64,000 nucleotides of DNA from Candidatus Uhrbacteria bacterium CG_4_9_14_3_um_filter_50_9 (lineage in GTDB: Bacteria > Patescibacteriota > Patescibacteriia > UBA9934 > GWF2-40-263). The first letter of the stretch is position 1; each line of letters opens with the position of its first letter. Location of the stretch: NCBI GenBank assembly GCA_002791295.1, contig PFWU01000049.1:47350-111349 (forward strand), given 5' to 3'. Made by a program: the position numbers and the translations under genes. Positions 1 to 8,865 of this stretch are shown here, in pieces. The notes under the pieces were generated by a model, which ran no database searches, was not told the origin of the DNA, and saw only the letters and a program-made list of their open reading frames with translations.

Positions 1-229
1 CTCGAGGCGAACGGGAACGGCTACACCTCCAACACACAGCTCTAGTCGCAGCTCGAACTCACTGGATGACACCATGGGTGGATAACAACCATAGGTTAGG
101 TGAGACGTGCTGTGACACCGGATTCATTCACCAACCCCTCTGAGGTTCTGGATCGTAAATCCACGATGAACCCACTGGACGATCAGAGGACTAACGAGAG
201 AGAGGACTATGACCGGTTAGCACGAAACG

Positions 230-256
230 ACCCCGTTATTTCAACGGGGTTTTCTT
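230..256 (+). terminator. Rho-independent terminator hairpin
   Basis: Stem ccccgtt / aacgggg with loop atttc, followed by a T-run (tttcttatt). Confidence 0.5.
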
Positions 257-280
257 ATTGCTCATCCACAAGCGAAAAAA

Positions 281-299
281 CGTTGCGCTGTGCTATAAT
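281..299 (+). promoter_or_regulatory. Extended -10 promoter (TGcTATAAT) upstream of the VirB6-like gene
   Basis: tgcTATAAT at 291-299. It lies only ~11 nt before the annotated ATG at 311, so the mRNA is leaderless or the true start is further downstream. Confidence 0.35.
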
Positions 300-310
300 T
301 TGCGCAGTAT

Positions 311-3121
311 ATGCTGCAATTATTTATGCGATTGTGGGTCCTCCTTGAGCGGCTCCGAGATCGACTCCTGCAGTTGGCTGCACAACGAAAGACACGTGCC
401 GGTCGCGTTTTTATTACATCTCTCATTGGACTTCTTGCGGTGACCCGTCCGGTGTCTGCTGATAGTCACGATGAACCTGGTACGGCTGCCATTGATTGGA
501 TTTTTCAGAACATGGCGGATGTGGCGTACCAGCTTGCAGGTGTGCTCGCAAAAGGTGTGGTCTTGTTCATTGGTGTGATGACCAATGTGATGCTTTACAA
601 AGACTTTTCTACGAATAGGGTTGTGACGGCGGGTTGGTCTATTGTACGCGACACGGTCAACATGTTTTTCGTTGTGGTTCTTATTATCATTGCGTTCGGA
701 ACTATTTTTGGACATTCAAAATTTCAGTGGCAGCAGCAGGTTCCAAAGCTCATGATTTTTGCGCTCGTGATCAACTTTTCAAAAACGCTTTGTGGCCTCA
801 TGATCGATTTTGGTCAGGTGATCATGCTCACGTTCGCAAATGCCATTCGAGAGATCGTCGCTGGGAACTTCATCCAACTCCTTGGGCTTGGGGAGATCTA
901 CCAAGTGAGTACCTCCTCCACACCTATTTCTGAATCGAAAGGGTTTGCGGCGTTCGATTATTTTGCCGCAGGACTGATGTCTGTGGTGCTCATGATCTGG
1001 GTTTTTGCCACCGTGGTGATTTTGACGGTGATTTTGATCTATCGCGTGATTATGCTTTGGGTTCTTATTGTTGTCTCTCCACTCGCATGGTTTATGGGGG
1101 GAGCTGGAGGTCAGGGTGGAATTGTTTCTTCCAATGCCTATGCGCAGTGGTGGGATCGGTTTAAGTGTCTTGTCGCTGTCGGTCCTGTGCTCACGTTCTT
1201 CTTATGGTTGACGCTGGCTGTTGCTGGAGCGGGGAATGTGGCAGCAAGTACGGGGTTTAATCCAAGTGACGAAAATTCCGCTAATTTTATTGGAAAGATT
1301 TTTGAACTTGATCGGTTCATGAGTTTCTTGATTGGGATGGCCATGCTGTATGCAGGGTTTGATGCGGCGCAGCAATTTTGTTCATCCATGTCAGGAAGTT
1401 TTCTTGGGAGTACATTGAAGAAAGGACAGGGAGTTGGAGGTGCTATGGCAGGGGTTGGTATAAAAGCGACTGCAGCTGGAGCTCGAAAAGTCGGTGGTGG
1501 TCTTCGTGCAGCTCCAAAGTATCTTCCGGGTGGGGCGCAGCTTTCTGAGGCGCTGACAAATCTTCCTTTTAATCGTGAGAATCTTTATCGTGGCGTTGCT
1601 AATGTTGCTGGAGATGGAATGATTGGTAGAGCTGCGTCTTTGGGGGCTTCAAAGGCTGCTGCGGCAAAAGCCTCAAAGCGACGACAAGCTTACGACAAAG
1701 CCGGGGAAACATTTAAAGGGACGACTCGAGAAGACAAGGCAGCTTACGCACGTCGTTTTATGCAAAAGGGGGGTGCTTCTACAGCAGAAGGGCAGCGTGA
1801 ATTAGTGCACCTTTTAAAGGAGGCGATGGGAGATAAGGATTTGGCGAAGGAAATGAAGAAAGATGGCACACTCGGTAAGTTGCACGACAAGTATGGTGGT
1901 ATCGTTCAACGAGATTTTGGTGGGGATGACGATACACGAAAGAAAATGGATGCATTTAATCGTGATAATCTTGATTTATTAACGGGGCCAAAGCATGCCA
2001 AAGATCGTGAGAAAGCTATTGGAAGTATCCGTTCATGGGATGATGTAAAGGGAATGAGTGCGGAGTCCATGAATCAAAGTGATGTACGGGAACGATTGGA
2101 AAAAACTGAGACCAATTTTCGTGGAGAGAATGGTAAGGCACTTTCAGCTGCTGAGGCCCTGGCTGCTGGGTATGGTGGTTCAGAAAAAGCTGCTGCATTC
2201 CAACAGCGTACAGATTTCAGTGCTGTTCCAGCTAGCGCTGTGGCGCAACAGGTTGCCGGTGGCAACCAAGAGGCTGCTGCGGATGCCTTTAGTCGTGCAC
2301 TTGAGGCAGGGGATATGAGTAAGGCAACAGAGATTATTGAGGCGATGGCAGGGACACATGCGAATACGGATGCTCCAGAGGCTGGTGCGGAACGATTCAA
2401 TCTTTCAGTGGGTATGGATGGAATTGAAGGGAAGTTAAAAGCAGCTCTTTCTAGTGCTGAGATGGGTGGCGCAAGTGAGGCACAGGTGGGACAGCTTAAG
2501 AGTGTACTGGAAGTGTTCAATGCTCAACGTAAGAGTGCGGAAGCGTCTACGGCTTTTGCAGGGTCTTATGGAACTGTTCCAGATATTGCTGCGCAATCAG
2601 AGGCACAGGAAGACTTTAGTGGGGCAGCATTTGCTGAAGGGGCGTTTGGTGGGGCAAGCAACGAACGGCTTGCGGATGCGGCTGAGCAAATCGCTGAGCA
2701 AGTTAGAGGTCTTGAAAAAGCCGTTGCGGATGTCAAATTGAATGCTGGTGGAAGTGCTTCTTCGGGCGCAGAAGAACTTCTTTCAACGCGTATTGATTTT
2801 CTGACGCAGCAAATTAAAAATGATGTAGAGGCACGCATAAAGTCTAAGGTTGATGCGTCAAAGGGATTGAGCGTTCGTCTTGATACAGAACAAGATCTTG
2901 GAAAGCGACAAGAGCTTCAGGCGCAAAAGACACAAGTGGATGTTGAGATCAATAACGAAATCACTGCCGCTATGGACGGAAGTGAAGATTTGAAAAAGCT
3001 CAGGACACAGATGGATGGCATGAAGAAAGCCTTAGACGAAGCACGTGCTGCCTCAGATAAAGTCGCAGAATTAAAGGCTATTCGATCTGGAGGGGATGCT
3101 GCGGGAAGAGCAGCCACATAA
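311..3121 (+). CDS. VirB6/TrbL-like polytopic membrane protein (type IV secretion-like) with a ~600 aa Ala/Gly/Lys/Glu-rich low-complexity C-terminal extension
   Basis: The N-terminal ~330 aa contain a signal-peptide-like segment (RKTRAGRVFITSLIGLLAVTRPVSA) and 5-6 hydrophobic helices typical of TrbL/VirB6. It is encoded in the same cluster as a VirB4-like ATPase. The C-terminal two thirds are low-complexity and coiled-coil-like. The start codon is uncertain (311 or a later internal start). Confidence 0.5.
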   Translation: MLQLFMRLWVLLERLRDRLLQLAAQRKTRAGRVFITSLIGLLAVTRPVSADSHDEPGTAAIDWIFQNMADVAYQLAGVLAKGVVLFIGVMTNVMLYKDFSTNRVVTAGWSIVRDTVNMFFVVVLIIIAFGTIFGHSKFQWQQQVPKLMIFALVINFSKTLCGLMIDFGQVIMLTFANAIREIVAGNFIQLLGLGEIYQVSTSSTPISESKGFAAFDYFAAGLMSVVLMIWVFATVVILTVILIYRVIMLWVLIVVSPLAWFMGGAGGQGGIVSSNAYAQWWDRFKCLVAVGPVLTFFLWLTLAVAGAGNVAASTGFNPSDENSANFIGKIFELDRFMSFLIGMAMLYAGFDAAQQFCSSMSGSFLGSTLKKGQGVGGAMAGVGIKATAAGARKVGGGLRAAPKYLPGGAQLSEALTNLPFNRENLYRGVANVAGDGMIGRAASLGASKAAAAKASKRRQAYDKAGETFKGTTREDKAAYARRFMQKGGASTAEGQRELVHLLKEAMGDKDLAKEMKKDGTLGKLHDKYGGIVQRDFGGDDDTRKKMDAFNRDNLDLLTGPKHAKDREKAIGSIRSWDDVKGMSAESMNQSDVRERLEKTETNFRGENGKALSAAEALAAGYGGSEKAAAFQQRTDFSAVPASAVAQQVAGGNQEAAADAFSRALEAGDMSKATEIIEAMAGTHANTDAPEAGAERFNLSVGMDGIEGKLKAALSSAEMGGASEAQVGQLKSVLEVFNAQRKSAEASTAFAGSYGTVPDIAAQSEAQEDFSGAAFAEGAFGGASNERLADAAEQIAEQVRGLEKAVADVKLNAGGSASSGAEELLSTRIDFLTQQIKNDVEARIKSKVDASKGLSVRLDTEQDLGKRQELQAQKTQVDVEINNEITAAMDGSEDLKKLRTQMDGMKKALDEARAASDKVAELKAIRSGGDAAGRAAT

Positions 3122-3127
3122 ATTTGA

Positions 3128-4774
3128 ATGAACGATCAACCAAGCGTGAAACCTGTAACAGTGCGGGGGCTACCCACCGAGGTGCGGCAGCTACTTTTTG
3201 CTGAGAAGACATTTGAAACGTATTACAACTTGGTAGGGGCTGTCGGAGGAGATAAGAGTCAAATTCCAAAGCTTTTAGTCCTTTTTTCCGATGTGCTTAC
3301 CGGACGTGAGGATATTCATTTGTTTCCCACCAAGCTTTCTGAGCTGTTTTCCATTGATGAGACAAAAGGGTATTCCCTTGCTGTGCAACTCATGACAGGT
3401 GTGTTGATGCAGGTAGACGATCTCTTTCAAGACCTAGATTTTCAGGCGCTGACTCGTGAATGGAGTACAAAAGACGATCAAGAAGAAGAAAGTGCTGAGG
3501 AGTTTGCTCATACGTATGTTGAGCAGATGCCTGGAAAAAAAGATGAACGATCTTCACAGAGGCTCGAAGACGTGTTTACCGATTTGGCAGAGGGGGATCT
3601 TACGCATGACGAGGCTGCTTCTCGTCTGGCAAAGTCACCGAAAGTTGGTGGGCTTGGTATTGATCCAACTGTGGCAGAGAGCGTAGTGGATGTGTTTGAA
3701 ACAGAAATGAAAGGCAAGGTTTTTTTGGATGATGTTCCGGTGAATAGACCTCCATCCAAACCCAATCAGCCACAGAAACCCCAAATTGAAGCCTTTACAG
3801 AAGAAGACGAAAAAGAAATTGAGCAGATTAAGCAGGAAAAAGAAGCAGCTCTTACCCATGAGCCGATCACGTCTATTGAGGGTGTGGTGAAGCGTGTGTG
3901 TGAGGACAAGCGTTTTCAGTTTGATAATCCAGTGCTCACCGAGCGCTGTCAAAAAGTTGTTCACTCTCGTGTGCGAGGGGTGAGAGATGCTTTTGCCACA
4001 CGTCGTCAGCTTGAACGTTCTGTTGAGCAAGGCGGTGTGGGGGTGACGGGGCGGTCGCTTGCTGAGATGACGCAGCTCTTAGAGCAGGCTGTGGAGGAAT
4101 ACCATGCACATGCCGGAGCTCAGATCGAGCAAGAAAAGGAACAGGCACAGAAGGTAAAGGAGGCGGCTGCCAGTGCGGAAGAGCAGCGTCAGGTCACTGA
4201 GCAGAAGGTTATGGACAAGCGGTTTGTTGAACTCACAGGGAAGACACCCCGCACGTCTGTCTCACCAACCGGACCAAAGCGATCTCGTACGTCCGCCGCT
4301 GTCTCAGCACAAGTAGAAACACAGCAACGTGAGGGGAAGATTGATGTTGCACGTGTGAAAACAATCATCGAAGCGTCTCAGGCAGCAGCACCAAAATCAG
4401 CGCCACGCCCCAAGCCCAAGCGTGTGCAGGATGTCGTCTTTGAAAAGCGTCTCTCAGGTCCCGTAGAGGAATTAAAGCGATTAACCTTAACAGATTTCAG
4501 ACGTCTTTCATCAGATCCTGTGCAGGCCACCACCAAAATAAAGGACAAAGTGGATTTATTAGAAAATCTTGGTTACGAGCAAAAGGTTGAGGGAATCAAA
4601 GCTTGGAGATCATCGCCGCTCAACCGGCTGTACATCGAGCTCGCAGAGCAGGCCGTGTTATCTGGAACAACGATTCAAGCAGCGCTCGAATCACAGCAGG
4701 AGCGAGGGGTGGAGATGTTTAAGGATGAGGAATTAAAAGCCGTGATGAAGTTGAACGCAGACCTAAGGTTCTGA
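3128..4774 (+). CDS. Hypothetical acidic coiled-coil protein (T4SS-cluster associated)
   Basis: 548-aa ORF lying 7 nt after the previous gene on the same strand. The composition is charged and Glu/Lys-rich. No recognisable motif. Confidence 0.5.
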   Translation: MNDQPSVKPVTVRGLPTEVRQLLFAEKTFETYYNLVGAVGGDKSQIPKLLVLFSDVLTGREDIHLFPTKLSELFSIDETKGYSLAVQLMTGVLMQVDDLFQDLDFQALTREWSTKDDQEEESAEEFAHTYVEQMPGKKDERSSQRLEDVFTDLAEGDLTHDEAASRLAKSPKVGGLGIDPTVAESVVDVFETEMKGKVFLDDVPVNRPPSKPNQPQKPQIEAFTEEDEKEIEQIKQEKEAALTHEPITSIEGVVKRVCEDKRFQFDNPVLTERCQKVVHSRVRGVRDAFATRRQLERSVEQGGVGVTGRSLAEMTQLLEQAVEEYHAHAGAQIEQEKEQAQKVKEAAASAEEQRQVTEQKVMDKRFVELTGKTPRTSVSPTGPKRSRTSAAVSAQVETQQREGKIDVARVKTIIEASQAAAPKSAPRPKPKRVQDVVFEKRLSGPVEELKRLTLTDFRRLSSDPVQATTKIKDKVDLLENLGYEQKVEGIKAWRSSPLNRLYIELAEQAVLSGTTIQAALESQQERGVEMFKDEELKAVMKLNADLRF

Positions 4775-4777
4775 TCC

Positions 4778-4926
4778 TGCTATAATAGGACTGTCCCCGA
4801 ATGAGCGATCTTGCCACGTTCAGGCACCCAGACATCACTTCAACGTCCGTTTTAGGACGTCTTCAGTGATGCCAGCCCGAACGTGACAATCTCATCTCAT
4901 TAGGGAACAGTCCCTACAATAGGACT
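4778..4926 (+). promoter_or_regulatory. Promoter plus structured ~135-nt leader with nested inverted repeats, upstream of the PrgI-like gene
   Basis: An extended -10 (tgcTATAAT, 4778-4786) sits directly after the stop of the 548-aa gene. The 9-mer AATAGGACT is repeated at 4784-4792 and 4916-4924. Inverted repeats ggactgtcccc (4788-4798) and gggaacagtcc (4903-4913) enclose the central hairpin atcacttcaacgtcc-gtttt-aggacgtcttcagtgat (4843-4879). Confidence 0.45.
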
Positions 4927-5358
4927 ATGCCGGAACAATTCGTCGTTCCACAATTTATTGACTCGGAGGATAAAATTTTTGGCCCAATCACCGGCCGTCA
5001 ATTTATTATTTTGATGATCGTGGGTCTCATGGAATTCGTTTTGTTTAAGCTGCTGACATTCGTTTGGTTTCTTGTTGTTGGCATTCCGCTTATTGCCGTC
5101 GGTGGAATTTTAGCGTTTGCAAAAATTAATGGACAACCATTTCACTATTTTATTCTCAATGGCATTCAAACGTTTAAGAAACCTCGGTTGCGTGTGTGGG
5201 ACAAGCGGCACACTGATTCCGAGTTAAGGGAATACATGTTCGCAAAACCGGAGGTTCATAGTGCGGCATTTAAGCGTAAGATTTTTGCAAATACGTCCCA
5301 TCTGCAGGAAATTTCGCTCGTTGTTAATACAGGAGGGGTCTACCAGCCTGAGGAATAA
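4927..5358 (+). CDS. Small two-TM membrane protein, PrgI/VirB3-like (T4SS-associated)
   Basis: 143 aa with two adjacent hydrophobic helices (FIILMIVGLMEFVLFKLLTFVWFLVVGIPLIAVGGILAFA). It lies immediately upstream of the VirB4-like ATPase genes, the position and architecture typical of PrgI/VirB3. Confidence 0.4.
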   Translation: MPEQFVVPQFIDSEDKIFGPITGRQFIILMIVGLMEFVLFKLLTFVWFLVVGIPLIAVGGILAFAKINGQPFHYFILNGIQTFKKPRLRVWDKRHTDSELREYMFAKPEVHSAAFKRKIFANTSHLQEISLVVNTGGVYQPEE

Positions 5359-5360
5359 TT

Positions 5361-6062
5361 ATGCAGTCGAAGAAACTTGCAAAACCCAAGCCAGGAGCAT
5401 CTACCGTGAAATATCTGGATATTGCGGAGATTCGTGATGACATGGTGCTTCTTAAGGACGGGACCGTACGCGCTGTGCTCCTCGTTTCGAGTATTAACTT
5501 TGCCTTAAAGTCCTTTGATGAGCAGGAGGCTATTATTCAGGCGTACATCACCTTTCTGAACTCGCTTGAATACCCTGTACAGATCGTGATCCAATCACGT
5601 CGCATGAATATTGATGCGTACATTGATCAGCTCATTGCGCAGCAGAAGAAAACAGAGAACGACCTCTTGCGTACTCAGATCGCTGATTACCGCAACTTTG
5701 TTCTTGAGCTTGTCGAGCTTGGACAGATCATGCAAAAAATGTTTTACGTGGTGATTCCGTATGACCCCCTTTCTGATAAACGAAAAAACTTTTTTACCCG
5801 CTTGTCAGAAGCCATCTCTCCAGCCGCAGCCGCAAAACTCAACAAAAAGCAATTAGCCGATCGTATTGAGCAACTTTCAAGGAGAGTTGAGATTATTGGT
5901 GGCCAGCTCAACAGTATGGGGCTTGCCTCTTCTCGAATTGATACACAGGGGCTTATTGAAGTGTATTACAACGTCTATAACCCTGACTTGTTTGATACCG
6001 AAAAGCTAGCCGACATCAGCCAGATCCGTCAGGAGCCGGAACCTAACCGTGTCGAATCATAG
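5361..6062 (+). CDS. Hypothetical protein, T4SS-associated (resembles VirB4/TraC N-terminal region)
   Basis: 233-aa ORF starting 3 nt after the previous gene and overlapping the VirB4-like ATPase start by 14 nt (translationally coupled). Confidence 0.45.
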   Translation: MQSKKLAKPKPGASTVKYLDIAEIRDDMVLLKDGTVRAVLLVSSINFALKSFDEQEAIIQAYITFLNSLEYPVQIVIQSRRMNIDAYIDQLIAQQKKTENDLLRTQIADYRNFVLELVELGQIMQKMFYVVIPYDPLSDKRKNFFTRLSEAISPAAAAKLNKKQLADRIEQLSRRVEIIGGQLNSMGLASSRIDTQGLIEVYYNVYNPDLFDTEKLADISQIRQEPEPNRVES

Positions 6063-8244
6063 TATGCCTATTAATATTGAAAACATTAAGAAGGCGATGC
6101 CGGCTTCAGCACCAGAGAAAGTGAAGAAGGTGAAACCAGAGGAGCAACAGCTCCAAGAAGAACGACTGGTGCTTGAGGAAGAGCGTATTTTTCGCAAGGG
6201 AACGGTGACGGTAAAGGACATTATTTCTCCTGCAGCGTTTGAAGTGAAACCAACGTTCCTCCTTCTCTCAGGAGTGTATGTGCGGACGTTGTTTATTATC
6301 ACCTACCCTCGACACATTGGCATTGGATGGTCTTCGCCACTCATCAATCTCAACAAGACGTTTGATGTCGCCATGTATTTCTATCCGATCAAGGCGAGTA
6401 TTATTTTGAAACAGCTCCAGAAAAAAGTAGGTGTGTTCGAGGCAAAGATTTTTGCCGATGCAGAGAAAGGGGCTCCTCGTGATCCGATTGCGGAAACAGC
6501 CCTTCGGGACATTGAGGGATTGCGTGATGCCCTCACACAGGGGACTGAGCATTTTTTTCAATTTGCGTTTTATGTCTCAATCTACGCCAAAGACGAAACA
6601 GAGCTGGAAAAGTACACGCAGCAAGTTGAGTCGCTCTTTGGAAGCAAACTGATCTATACGAAGGCAGGTTTTTATCAGGCGGAGCAGGGATTCAATTCAA
6701 CCATTCCACTTGGGAATGATGAGTTGATGATTACCTACAACATGAATACGTCGCCGATTGCAGCCTCGTTTCCGTTTATCAGCTCTGACCTGACCTCGGA
6801 TAACGGCATTTTGTACGGCATCAACCGACACAACAATTCACTTATTCTCTTCGATCGCTTTAGTTTACAAAACGCTAATTCCGTTGTCTTTGCCACCTCC
6901 GGTGCTGGAAAATCGTACACGATCAAGCTTGAGATTTTACGATCCCTCATGATGGGAGTGGATGTGATCGTGATCGATCCAGAGTATGAGTATAAAGATT
7001 TATCTGATGCGGTTGGAGGGACGTTCATTAACGTGTCTCTTGCTTCCGAGGCGAAAGTGAATCCGTTTGATCTACCGCGTGGTGTGGGTGAGGGGACCAA
7101 GGTGGAGGACATTATTCGAAGTGCGGTTATTACGCTTAAGGGGCTTTTGCGCATCATGATTGGTCAGCCTGTGGGAGAAGCAGGAAAGATGGGATTTACT
7201 CCGTCGGAAGATTCGCTGCTTGACCGAGCATTGATCGAAACGTACGCAAAACAAGATATCACACCAGACCTCACCTCTCTTGCCGATATTGAACCTCCAG
7301 TCCTGACAGACTTTCAAGATGTACTTGAGGGTATGGAGGGGTCAGAAGAATTGGTTGCGCGCTTGAAAAAGTTTACAGAAGGAACGTTTGCAGGACTTTT
7401 GAACAACCCAACCAATGTGGTCATGAGTAACCAGTTGGTGGTGTATTCAGTGCGAGATCTTGAAGACGAGCTGCGTCCAACAGCGATCTATACCATTATC
7501 AACTACATCTGGAACGTGACGCGTTCTGAGCGAAAGAAGCGCATTTTAGTGGTGGATGAGGCGTGGTGGCTGATGCAGAATGAAGATTCTGCGAAATTCA
7601 TTTTTGCGCTTGTGAAACGCGCGCGAAAATACTTCATGGGGGTCACAACCATCACCCAGGACGTGAACGACTTCCTTCGTTCTGCATATGGGCAAGCGAT
7701 TGTGACGAACTCAGCCCTTCAGATTTTGATGAAACAGTCACCGTCTGCGATTGATCTTATTCAAAAAACATTTAGTCTCACCGACGGAGAAAAATACTTG
7801 CTTCTTGAGTCAGGGGTAGGTGAGGGTATTTTCTTTGCTGGGAACAAGCACGCCGCAATCAAAGTCGTTGCCTCCTATACAGAAGATCAAATTGTCACCA
7901 CGAATCCTCAGCAGCTGCTTGATATTGAGGAAGCCAAAAAGGAATTTGAGGCTGAACTCCAAAGGGAACAAGGAGAAGAAGGTGATGGAGGAACACCGGC
8001 GTCGAGAGAGGTTTCATCAGAACAAGCGCCTACAGAAGTCGCTTCAGAAGGAGCTCCGACAGAACCGCCACTAGACGCTACGGCCTCCAAGGAGGAAGTC
8101 TTTGATATCGAGAAAGAAGCTCAGGAGGCTTTAGCACAAGAACAAAAAGATCAACAGGCCGAGGACGCTGCAGCAGCCTTGCTTAAAGAAGAAGATGCTG
8201 GAAAGATTGAAGCTGATAAAATTCGTGAATCACTCTCCGTATGA
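6049..8244 (+). CDS. VirB4/TraC/TrbE-like type IV secretion ATPase
   Basis: Walker A (FATSGAGKSYT), Walker B (ILVVDEAWWLM), and a CagE/TrbE/VirB4-like N-terminal region. 731 aa with an acidic C-terminal tail. Confidence 0.8.
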   Translation: MSNHSMPINIENIKKAMPASAPEKVKKVKPEEQQLQEERLVLEEERIFRKGTVTVKDIISPAAFEVKPTFLLLSGVYVRTLFIITYPRHIGIGWSSPLINLNKTFDVAMYFYPIKASIILKQLQKKVGVFEAKIFADAEKGAPRDPIAETALRDIEGLRDALTQGTEHFFQFAFYVSIYAKDETELEKYTQQVESLFGSKLIYTKAGFYQAEQGFNSTIPLGNDELMITYNMNTSPIAASFPFISSDLTSDNGILYGINRHNNSLILFDRFSLQNANSVVFATSGAGKSYTIKLEILRSLMMGVDVIVIDPEYEYKDLSDAVGGTFINVSLASEAKVNPFDLPRGVGEGTKVEDIIRSAVITLKGLLRIMIGQPVGEAGKMGFTPSEDSLLDRALIETYAKQDITPDLTSLADIEPPVLTDFQDVLEGMEGSEELVARLKKFTEGTFAGLLNNPTNVVMSNQLVVYSVRDLEDELRPTAIYTIINYIWNVTRSERKKRILVVDEAWWLMQNEDSAKFIFALVKRARKYFMGVTTITQDVNDFLRSAYGQAIVTNSALQILMKQSPSAIDLIQKTFSLTDGEKYLLLESGVGEGIFFAGNKHAAIKVVASYTEDQIVTTNPQQLLDIEEAKKEFEAELQREQGEEGDGGTPASREVSSEQAPTEVASEGAPTEPPLDATASKEEVFDIEKEAQEALAQEQKDQQAEDAAAALLKEEDAGKIEADKIRESLSV

Positions 8245-8819
8245 TATCCCGACGAAAACGAACGATTTTCATTCTCCTTGCGCTCTTGGTTTTACTCCTT
8301 CTCCTGCTTTGGTTCCTCATGGCCTTTCTTTCACGTACGCCTGAAACAGAAAGCGGTCCGACTGAAACCACAACAGAAGAGGAAGTCGACGATGTTATTC
8401 CGAGCAACCCAACGATTTCTGAGGAAGCAGTGGAACGAGAACGAGAGACACGTAATGGCTCATCGGATGTTATCTCGCTTTCCAAAAGCTTTGTGGAACG
8501 TTATGGCAGTTATTCAAACGAAGCAGAGTTTGCCAACCTTGTAGATGTGCTTCCTCTCATGTCGGACAGCTTTGCCTCTGAGACAGAAGACTTTATTGAA
8601 TCCGCTGTGGCTCCAGAGGAATACTACGGGGTGAGCACACAGATTGTGACGGTCAGCGTTCTGAGTCAGTCAGAGAGCCAAGCAACAGTGCTGCTGACAA
8701 CACAGCGCGAGGAGGCAAATGGGTCTCCACAAAACACCTCTGTGTATTATCAAGATATTGAGCTCGTCTTTGTCAAAGAAGGTGGAGAGTGGCGCGTGAA
8801 TTCAGCAACTTGGCGTTAA
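8241..8819 (+). CDS. N-terminally membrane-anchored extracytoplasmic protein (possible VirB8-like component)
   Basis: Single N-terminal TM helix (IFILLALLVLLLLLLWFLMAF), then an acidic linker and a ~100-aa C-terminal domain. The start overlaps the VirB4 stop. The VirB8 assignment rests on architecture only. Confidence 0.35.
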   Translation: MISRRKRTIFILLALLVLLLLLLWFLMAFLSRTPETESGPTETTTEEEVDDVIPSNPTISEEAVERERETRNGSSDVISLSKSFVERYGSYSNEAEFANLVDVLPLMSDSFASETEDFIESAVAPEEYYGVSTQIVTVSVLSQSESQATVLLTTQREEANGSPQNTSVYYQDIELVFVKEGGEWRVNSATWR

Positions 8820-8826
8820 TGAAGAG

Positions 8827-8860
8827 GCTCCAGCTCACCCACGGGAGGCTGGAGTTTTTG
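8827..8860 (+). terminator. Rho-independent terminator
   Basis: Stem ctccagc / gctggag followed by ttttt. Confidence 0.55.
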
Positions 8861-8865
8861 TTTCT

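Noticed and set aside
100-443. Short ORFs at 100..348 and 258..443
   Set aside because: They span an intrinsic terminator and a promoter, show no protein-like composition, and overlap the start of the VirB6-like gene.
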